Positions 20,376 to 27,746 of a DNA stretch of 64,000 bases are shown here, piece after piece. Location: the NCBI GenBank assembly GCA_016934295.1, contig JAFGTD010000082.1, positions 72 through 64,071 on the forward strand. The letters are read 5' to 3'. This DNA is from Acidobacteriota bacterium (GTDB lineage: Bacteria > Acidobacteriota > UBA6911). How positions within the stretch are numbered: the stretch's first letter is position 1; every line of letters begins with the position of its first letter. The position numbers were made by a program, and so were the translations under genes. The notes beneath the pieces are model-generated. The model saw only the letters and a list, made by a program, of their open reading frames with translations. It searched no databases and was not told where the DNA came from.

Positions 20376-21005
20376 TCAGCGGGCTTTTTTGACGGCGGCC
20401 AGGATTCTTGTTCCGAATATATTCTGGATGGTTTGTGCGATGTTGGGATCCAGGGATTTTCCGGGTTCTTTCCGCCGGGTGTTGCAGGGAAATGAAAAAG
20501 CGTCATCCGCGATTGAAAGCTGAAGCGGCAGATCTTCAGTGATGGCCAGCGGCCAGAGCACACAGGACATGGGCTTGGTTTTGGAATACGGAATTTTCCG
20601 ATCCAGGGCAACGGAATGGAGCGAACAGAGTATGCCGCTTTTTCGATCCCCGAAGGCAAAAGAACACAGACCGTCTCCATCCGTATCCACGACAAAGGAA
20701 CCGTCTTCATCCTCTTCAAAAATATTCTCCAAAGAACCGTCGCTGCCAAGACGCGGCGCATATCTTGAAGCCGCAGGCATATAACCGATTATGCGGTCAA
20801 TTTCGTTACGATTGATTGCAACCTCGTATGTTGCGCAACAGCAATGCTTCTTATTACATAATCCGGGAACGCACCGGTGAGTAATGGAAAAGAGGGACGC
20901 CAAATCAATTTCTATACCATCAACATAAATGTTATTCTGAGTTTTCGTAGGGCACCTCGCATGAAGACAGGAACCGGCATTTCTGCGGTTGAAAATTGGG
21001 TTCAA
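20376..21005 (-). CDS. DUF3109-like Cys-rich (Zn/Fe-S) protein; start uncertain
   Basis: C...KHCCC, GLCSFA, CSLH, KPMSCVLWPL pattern; the 5' part of the called ORF overlaps the dinB gene. Confidence 0.65.
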   Translation of the reverse strand: MNPIFNRRNAGSCLHARCPTKTQNNIYVDGIEIDLASLFSITHRCVPGLCNKKHCCCATYEVAINRNEIDRIIGYMPAASRYAPRLGSDGSLENIFEEDEDGSFVVDTDGDGLCSFAFGDRKSGILCSLHSVALDRKIPYSKTKPMSCVLWPLAITEDLPLQLSIADDAFSFPCNTRRKEPGKSLDPNIAQTIQNIFGTRILAAVKKAR

Positions 21006-21066
21006 GCCTATAATACATGGGTTGGTAATTAAAAACACTTCACATACAGGAACAAGGAGGATCAGG

Positions 21067-21564
21067 ATGGCAATCAAAGATTCGCTATTACCGGAATTCG
21101 ATTCTGAAATGGCGACAACTCGCAGGGTCATGGAACGTCTGAAGGAAGACAAATACAACTGGGCCCCGCACGAAAAGTCGATGAAAGCCGGGCGTCTCGC
21201 GTCCCATATAGCGGAGATGACGGTCTGGGGCACCATCAGCATTACCCAGGATTCCCTGGACCTTGCGGGCGGGCATCAACCTTTCAACGCCTCGTCGCGT
21301 GCAGAGCTGCTGGCGGCATTCGACAAAAATGTCGAGGAATGCCGGAAAGCCATAGAAGGCGCCAGCGATGAAACACTGATGCAGTCATGGTCCCTTATGA
21401 ACGAGGGGAATACTATAATGACGCTGCCCAAGATCACGGTAATCCGCTCGTTCGTGCTGAATCATATCATCCACCATCGAGGCCAGCTTTCGGTATACCT
21501 GCGGCTGACCGACACCGCGGTGCCATCGATTTACGGCCCCAGCGCCGACGAAAGCGGCGCTTGA
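21067..21564 (+). CDS. DinB family protein
   Basis: PHEKSMKAGRLASHIAE, NHIIHHRGQLSVYLRL...VPSIYGPSADE. Confidence 0.92.
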   Translation: MAIKDSLLPEFDSEMATTRRVMERLKEDKYNWAPHEKSMKAGRLASHIAEMTVWGTISITQDSLDLAGGHQPFNASSRAELLAAFDKNVEECRKAIEGASDETLMQSWSLMNEGNTIMTLPKITVIRSFVLNHIIHHRGQLSVYLRLTDTAVPSIYGPSADESGA

Positions 21565-21605
21565 TCCGTATTTTTTTTCAGAGAATTTGCAGCAAGATGA
21601 TACAA

Positions 21606-21671
21606 GGGCGAACATGAACTTGTCCGCCGTAGCTCGGCCGAATCTTCGATTCGGCCGGAAAGTTCGCCCCT
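21606..21671. repeat. REP-like palindrome with nested insert
   Basis: GGGCGAACAT-[GAACTTGTCCGCCGTAGCTCGGCCGAATC-TTC-GATTCGGCCGGAAA]-GTTCGCCCCT. Confidence 0.75.
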
Positions 21672-21863
21672 TAACAACATCCTAACCGGGTTTTTCTATT
21701 GCCGCTTCCTGGGGCGGATTCTTCTCGACTCCAAGCCGATACCGCCAGCATCGGCAACGCGATGGAATTGGCGTAGCCCCAATACTCGGTGGATTTGACA
21801 TCCGCCATCCCCGGGGCGATCACATGAAAAAAGGTCCTGGATTTTAAAAATACCGGGATTGAT

Positions 21864-24368
21864 TCAAAGGAACCGCACCTCGTGCTCCAGTCGTTCGGCA
21901 ATCTCTTCATAGGTGGCATCGGACGGGAAAAGGACAGGATTGCCGAAACGGACCGTAACGTCTCCATGCTTCCGGGGCCATGTGAAGCGGTAATCCATAA
22001 TTTCGAATACTCCCTGTATTTTGGACGGAACCACAACGGCATCCAGTTCCTTCACAAGTAGCCCGACGCCGGCCTTGAATTCCTTCACCGTGCCGTCCTG
22101 AGAAAGCTTGCCTTCCGGGAAAATCATAATGGACCATCCCCGGTCCATGAGTTTCCCGGTATACTCGAGGCTCTTCTTGATTCCGGCATATCGCTGGAAG
22201 GGGAAGATGTTGAGTCCCAACAGTGCCAGAAAGGATGCCGATTTCCGGAAAATCCGCTCCTTTAAAGGCGCCTGGCCGGAGTCCCATTCCTGGAAGACGT
22301 CGGCTGCCGCAGCCACTGCCATTCGCTTCCGGACGCGCCAGGGAAGCGCCATTGTCAGAACACCGGCATCCAGGTGGCTGATGTGATTGGCTATAAGTAT
22401 AAACGGTTTGTCGAGTCCGTCGAATTTTTCCCGACCCATAATCCGGAGCTTCATGTAATACCGCATAACCGGCCGTATGCACACCGCCTGCAGCAGGCGA
22501 CGAATACAAACGGCCCAGCGGGTCAGCGGCCAGAGCTTGTACTTCGTATCCGACGTTTTTCTCTGAGAAGCAACAAATTCCTCAAGCTCCCCGACAGTCG
22601 TCCGGTCGGTAATGAGAGATTCATCCAGTTCAACCCGCAGCTCTTCCTCGATAATGCCGACCAGTTCCACCCTGGAAAGGGAGTCAAGCTGCAGATCCAG
22701 CCCCAGGGTTGCCGTTGGGGTTACACGGTTTGCGGGAACATTAGATATGGATCGAATGATGCCGTATATGGGATCTCCATTCTCGACGGGGGCGGTCGCC
22801 TCCGTTGCCACGCCATGGTTCGCCTCTAGCGCTTCCAGAACAAACCGCCTCTGGATTTTCATTGTCGTCGTGCGGGGAAAATCCGGTTTGTCCCAGACCG
22901 TATATGCCTGGACTTTCTGGTGATCCGCAAGGTTGGCGTTCGCCGTCGCAACGATCGCTTTCCCGTCGCTTGCGTCTTCGCTCAATAGCAGTACCGCGTG
23001 GATAACGGTCTTACCTTCCTGCTCTCTGCCCAGGACACAGGATTCCTTGACTCCCGGAGTCCGGTTCAGCTCGGCTTCAATATCTTCCGGGTAAACATTC
23101 ATGCCGCTGGCGGTCAGGATCATATTTTTAATTCTGCCCTTGATGCACAGATACCCCTCGGAGTCTGTCTCTCCGACATCCCCGGTTCGGTACCAGCCGT
23201 CTGTAAAGTACATTTCCTGTAAATCCGGCCGTTTGTAATACCCCTGGGTGACATTGTCTCCCCTGACGAGTATCTCCCCTTCACTGGAGAGCTTTATTTC
23301 CTGTCCCGGCAAAACCCGGCCTACGGTCCCGGGACGCGGATCCGCGACCGTGTTGCAGGTTACTATGGGAGAGGTTTCCGTAAGACCGTATCCCTGGACA
23401 ACCTTCAGGCCGAGGTTGTTCCAGAAGTCTTCGACCTCACCATCCAGAGGCGCTCCTCCGACGGCGAAAAAGGCCAGGCGGTTTCCGAATTTTTTATGCG
23501 CCGATCGGAACAGTATCTTCCGTAATCCCCGCGGCAATCTCCAGGCCAGGCCGAGCATTCGCTCGAAACTTCTCGTCATGCCCCTTGATTCTACCTCTCT
23601 CAGAATTCCATCGCGAAAAGTCTGGAGCATTAAAGGAACGGTGATAACGGAGGTGATCCCCTCTTCCTGCATGGCCTGCATAATCGCGGCTGATTTCCGT
23701 GTTCTCAGATAGGTTATCGAACAACCGTAGAAGAGCGGGATAAAGAGCCCGGCGTTCTGCTCCAGCATATGACTCAGCGGCAGCACGGAAAGGAACTTCC
23801 AGTCCGTATCGTAGGAAAGCACTTCACTCAGAGAGGCGATGTTCGACACAATATTTTTGTTCGTGAGAATGACACCCTTCGGTTCCGCCGTCGTCCCCGA
23901 GGTATAGACAATTTCCAGTATGTCGTCTCCCGCGATTTCAGGTTCCTTGAATATCGGCGGTATTTCACGCACCTGTCGGGAAAGGTCTCCGGTATTCCAC
24001 CACGTTATGCCCGACTCGATACTCATGAATTTTGATTTGATGCCGGCCTTCGCGCCGGTTTCGGCGGCTATATGCCGAACAAAATCGGGTTTTACACGCG
24101 CATCCAGGGGAACGGCAATCACTCCGGTCAGGGAACAGGCCAGAAGCGCCGCCACCCATTCCGGGCTGTTAGGAGCCCACAGCAGGATCGCATCGTCCTT
24201 TTTCAGACCGTGACGCTGATACCAGTTGGCCATCCGGTACGCATAATCGTAGAGGTCGAGATACGATATGCGAATCGACCGGAAACCCGTTTTGAAAACT
24301 AGCGCCTCCCGGTCATGGAACTTATAGAGTATCGGTTTGAAATAGTTCGTAAGCGTGTCGCTGTTCAT
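21864..24368 (-). CDS. Acyl-CoA synthetase-ACP-acyltransferase (PlsC) fusion
   Basis: YTSGTTAEPKG, QGYGLTETSP, WYRTGD; ACP motif LDSLSRVEL; PlsC motifs NHISHLD and IFPEG. Confidence 0.9.
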   Translation of the reverse strand: MNSDTLTNYFKPILYKFHDREALVFKTGFRSIRISYLDLYDYAYRMANWYQRHGLKKDDAILLWAPNSPEWVAALLACSLTGVIAVPLDARVKPDFVRHIAAETGAKAGIKSKFMSIESGITWWNTGDLSRQVREIPPIFKEPEIAGDDILEIVYTSGTTAEPKGVILTNKNIVSNIASLSEVLSYDTDWKFLSVLPLSHMLEQNAGLFIPLFYGCSITYLRTRKSAAIMQAMQEEGITSVITVPLMLQTFRDGILREVESRGMTRSFERMLGLAWRLPRGLRKILFRSAHKKFGNRLAFFAVGGAPLDGEVEDFWNNLGLKVVQGYGLTETSPIVTCNTVADPRPGTVGRVLPGQEIKLSSEGEILVRGDNVTQGYYKRPDLQEMYFTDGWYRTGDVGETDSEGYLCIKGRIKNMILTASGMNVYPEDIEAELNRTPGVKESCVLGREQEGKTVIHAVLLLSEDASDGKAIVATANANLADHQKVQAYTVWDKPDFPRTTTMKIQRRFVLEALEANHGVATEATAPVENGDPIYGIIRSISNVPANRVTPTATLGLDLQLDSLSRVELVGIIEEELRVELDESLITDRTTVGELEEFVASQRKTSDTKYKLWPLTRWAVCIRRLLQAVCIRPVMRYYMKLRIMGREKFDGLDKPFILIANHISHLDAGVLTMALPWRVRKRMAVAAAADVFQEWDSGQAPLKERIFRKSASFLALLGLNIFPFQRYAGIKKSLEYTGKLMDRGWSIMIFPEGKLSQDGTVKEFKAGVGLLVKELDAVVVPSKIQGVFEIMDYRFTWPRKHGDVTVRFGNPVLFPSDATYEEIAERLEHEVRFL

Positions 24369-24449
24369 AATAACCTCACCGGGAAATCCCGTATAACAAT
24401 TGTGCAATTGCTGCACACATGCGGAAGATAAAGCTCCTGGAGATTAACA

Positions 24450-25460
24450 TCAGCAGTCGATGACTATTTTGATGCCCTCGCGTCTTTCAGCCGCATCATA
24501 GGCACGGGACACTTCCGACAGTGGGAAACGATGCGTCACCATCGACCGGACATCCACCTGCCTGTTTTGAACAAGTTGAATCGATCTTGGATAGGTATGT
24601 TTCATCCTGTGCACGACATGGAGGGTCAAATCTTTTCGCCTGGCGGTTGATGCGGAGAATGCCGTCCTGTCGTCGGACGGGATCCCGATCAGGCACACAT
24701 TGCCGCCAGGCTTGACGGCATCGATTGCGGCACTAACTGCAGCAGGATCTCCGGCCGCTTCGAACACCACATCCACACCACGGCCTCCGGTTGCCATTAT
24801 AATTTTCTCTGCTTCCCGGCCGCTGTCGGCCTCGAGCACTGTCGCTCCGACCGTTCGTGCCGCCTTGATACGATGAGTTATGCCGGGCAATTCCGTAGCA
24901 AAAATGGACGCCGCACCCGCTGCACGCGCAACCTGGATCAAACAAAGTCCTATAGTGCCGCAGCCGAATACACCCACACTCATACCCGGATTCACATTCC
25001 CGCAGTCAACGGAATACAATGCCACCCCAAGAGGTTCGAGCATGACACCCTCGATATCGGTCATCGAATCGGGGAGGCTAATGAGGGACTGCTCCGGCCA
25101 GGCGATATACTGTCGGAGGGCGCCGTCATGCGGCGCATGGCCCGCGAAGCGCAGATTTGAACACAGGTTCGGATTCCCCTCCAGGCAGAACTCACATTTT
25201 CCGCAGGGGCATGCCGGGTCAATCGCCACGCGCTCCCCCTTTCTCGGGCCGGATTCAATCACGCCCGCGCATTCGTGACCCAGGACGAGAGGCTCCACAA
25301 CCCTGTCGCTTCCGATACCTCCGTCTCTCAGCCAGTGCACATCCGATCCGCAAACGCCGACAGCCGTTATGCGCACAATTGCTTCATTCTCTCCGGGAAC
25401 CGGCATCGGCTCCTCATGAAGGCGCATGTCTCCGATACCATGGATTCGAGCTACCTGCAT
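24450..25460 (-). CDS. Zinc-dependent alcohol dehydrogenase (sorbitol/threonine DH-like)
   Basis: GVCGSDVH, GHECAG, CGKCEFCLEG..NLC, GCGTIG. Confidence 0.92.
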   Translation of the reverse strand: MQVARIHGIGDMRLHEEPMPVPGENEAIVRITAVGVCGSDVHWLRDGGIGSDRVVEPLVLGHECAGVIESGPRKGERVAIDPACPCGKCEFCLEGNPNLCSNLRFAGHAPHDGALRQYIAWPEQSLISLPDSMTDIEGVMLEPLGVALYSVDCGNVNPGMSVGVFGCGTIGLCLIQVARAAGAASIFATELPGITHRIKAARTVGATVLEADSGREAEKIIMATGGRGVDVVFEAAGDPAAVSAAIDAVKPGGNVCLIGIPSDDRTAFSASTARRKDLTLHVVHRMKHTYPRSIQLVQNRQVDVRSMVTHRFPLSEVSRAYDAAERREGIKIVIDC

Positions 25461-25503
25461 ATCGCCTGCTTTCTGTGTGGATTCCCCACACTTTGGATTT
25501 TTC

Positions 25504-26000
25504 TTAATTCCCCGACAACAGCTTTGTATCAATCCGGACCTGTGCTGATTCAGAACCATCTGCGTTGGCAGTGACGTTCACAGCTCCTGATTTTACTTCG
25601 ATCGATCTGATAATCAGCATAGCCTTGCCGTGAAACAGGCTGTGACTGGACGACCGGAACGGTTCCATGGACAGGGGGTTGCCGTTGCCGATACCCGCGA
25701 TCTCGGCGGGACCGTCCACGCTGAAAGTCCCCTTGTCATCCGATAACGGGCAGGGATTGCCTTCACCGTCCACCACTTCGAAATCGCGCATAAAGGCCAC
25801 CCGCTCAGCGGTCTTTCCCCAGCCTTTTTCTCCTGTTCCTATTTCATTTCCGATCGACCACAGGACCACGCTCGGATGGTTGCGGTCGCGCATAACAAGA
25901 TTTTTTATCTGCCTTTCGCCGAATATCTCCAGAGGCTCGTCGGTCCCATGATCCGCGGTCCCTTCCCATTCTGTAAGCGACAGGGTTTTCGGATATTCGG
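25504..26000 (-). pseudogene. Internally deleted GH2 (beta-galactosidase-like) remnant
   Basis: RDRNHPSVVLWSIGNEI catalytic motif joined directly to the C-terminal Ig domain (VVDGEGN...FSVDGPAEIAGIGNGNP...LFHGKAMLIIRS). Confidence 0.8.
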
Positions 26001-26016
26001 TTTTTCCTGTAGTGAC

Positions 26017-27198
26017 TCATCTTTCTTCCCCACTCTGTATTAAAGACTCATCCGCCTCTTTATTGGAAGGTATCTGTAAAATTCCGTTACCTTCTACGTC
26101 CTCCAGATCGCACCACCACTTCTTTGTGTAATCGGGCTTCCCGTAACCCAGGACATCATCCAGCCAGGGGGCGAGGCTTCTGGCCAGGGATGAATGGCGG
26201 AATAAAGCACCGGCGGCACGATGCAGGGGCGTATACGGCTTGTTCCAGGGACAAACGGTCAGGCAGGTGCCGCAGCTGGTGCCTTTCTGGTTCCCAACCC
26301 GCATGGACGTGCATTTTTTTATGTCACCGGGCCAATGCTCATACCCTTTTTCCATAACCTTGTCGCCGTCGCTCAGCGCTCCGGACGGGCATTCCCGTGC
26401 ACATTTCCTGCACTTGGTACAGAAGTCCTGGAGGCCGAAATCGATGGGCTTGTCTGCAAGCAGGGGCAAATCGGTGGTGACGATCCCGGCTTTGAACCTG
26501 GGTCCCAGAAACGGATGAAGAACGCATTCGCTCATACGGCTCATCTCGCCCAGTCCCGCCCATAGAAGTATAGGTGGAACGATGACCTGGTAATTCATGG
26601 CGTGATGCGCCCGGGCAGGGTAGCCGAGTCTTCGAATGTAATCCGCTACTAGACAGGCAATGAAACCGGAAGCGGAATAGGCAACAAAACTCATCGCATT
26701 GCTGATCCAGTCGCTGCCGGTCGTGGCGTCGGCCGTTTTCGAATCCTGGTCCACAAGAATGGCAACCGCATATTTATGGTCGAGCGTAATCGCCCCCCCC
26801 GTTGCCGCACTGTGAGTGTATACGGCGTATCTAGGAAGCTCACAAATCCCGACGGCATCGGCTCGGAGAAAATAGGCCGTTTCCTTAATATGGTGCGACA
26901 GATAGACGGGATCCTTTGATATGGGCGCCTCCCGCGCTGCAACGGGCCCGTCTACCATTTCACGCATTCTCAGCTGCATGGCCATAAGGGAAGCGGAAAG
27001 CGGATGCTTTACGGAGAAACGATTTCTCTCCCTTTGAAGAAAAGGACCGAACTCTCCCCGCAGAGCCCGGTTGAACCCATGGTCCTGCTCATGAACCCTC
27101 CGTATTTCCTCCTCATGTATTTTTATGGTCGGACGATCGACCCTTTTGATTTTGTGCATCGGGAAGGTTTCCCGTTCACGCCTCAGATACCCGCTCAT
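26017..27198 (-). CDS. rdhA: Reductive dehalogenase-like B12/2x[4Fe-4S] protein without TAT signal
   Basis: KIKRVDRPT, FLRADAVGICE, AGLGEMSR, GPRFKA, TTDLPL..DKPIDFGLQDFCTKCRKCARECP, C-X12-CGTCLTVCPWN; GGAG RBS before ATG 27198. Confidence 0.8.
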   Translation of the reverse strand: MSGYLRRERETFPMHKIKRVDRPTIKIHEEEIRRVHEQDHGFNRALRGEFGPFLQRERNRFSVKHPLSASLMAMQLRMREMVDGPVAAREAPISKDPVYLSHHIKETAYFLRADAVGICELPRYAVYTHSAATGGAITLDHKYAVAILVDQDSKTADATTGSDWISNAMSFVAYSASGFIACLVADYIRRLGYPARAHHAMNYQVIVPPILLWAGLGEMSRMSECVLHPFLGPRFKAGIVTTDLPLLADKPIDFGLQDFCTKCRKCARECPSGALSDGDKVMEKGYEHWPGDIKKCTSMRVGNQKGTSCGTCLTVCPWNKPYTPLHRAAGALFRHSSLARSLAPWLDDVLGYGKPDYTKKWWCDLEDVEGNGILQIPSNKEADESLIQSGEER

Positions 27199-27308
27199 AA
27201 TTTCTCCCAGGATGGATTCAAAACCTGCCAGCATCATACCTTCATCTTCAAATTCAGGTGAATTATTTTGTTTCGTTGCGCGGATACAAAAGAAAAGACA
27301 TTTTTTTC

Positions 27309-27345
27309 TTGACAAAATATTATCTAGTACTATCATATAGTACTA
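27309..27345 (+). promoter_or_regulatory. Sigma70 promoter with a putative BlaI operator; likely leaderless transcript
   Basis: TTGACA 27309-27314, TATCAT 27331-27336; TAGTACTA-N5-TAGTACTA at 27325-27345 overlaps the -10 box and ATG 27345. Confidence 0.7.
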
Positions 27346-27725
27346 TGAGACCTAAAAATAATACCCTCAGCGGGCCACAACTCGACATTATGAAAGTAGT
27401 CTGGCGGCTGGGCGAAGCAACCGTGCGAGACGTTTACGAGGATCTGCGCAGCCGGCGCTCCATCGCCTACACAACCGTCATGACCACAATGAAAACCATG
27501 GCAATCCGGGGACACCTGAAAAAGAGGACCGAAGGCCGGGCTTTCGTCTATGCAGCCACCACACCCGAAACCAGAATGCTCAAAGGGATTGTGGGCGATT
27601 TTATCAACCGGGTCTTCAACGGGTCTACCGAGCCTCTACTGGCGCATTTGGTAAAGGAACGGCGTCTTTCCGAAAAGGACCTGGAAAAAATCCGCAAGAT
27701 GATCCGGGAGGAAGAAAAGCAGTAA
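27345..27725 (+). CDS. BlaI/MecI/CopY family transcriptional repressor
   Basis: QLDIMKVVW...TVRDVYE...IAYTTVMTTM...GRAFVY...FINRVFNGS. Confidence 0.93.
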   Translation: MRPKNNTLSGPQLDIMKVVWRLGEATVRDVYEDLRSRRSIAYTTVMTTMKTMAIRGHLKKRTEGRAFVYAATTPETRMLKGIVGDFINRVFNGSTEPLLAHLVKERRLSEKDLEKIRKMIREEEKQ

Positions 27726-27746
27726 ACCTTAACCTGAGAGGACACC

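Noticed and set aside
21671-21863. Short ORF tail downstream of the acyl-ligase fusion
   Set aside because: No RBS or recognisable motif; most of ORF 21671..22042 overlaps the real gene
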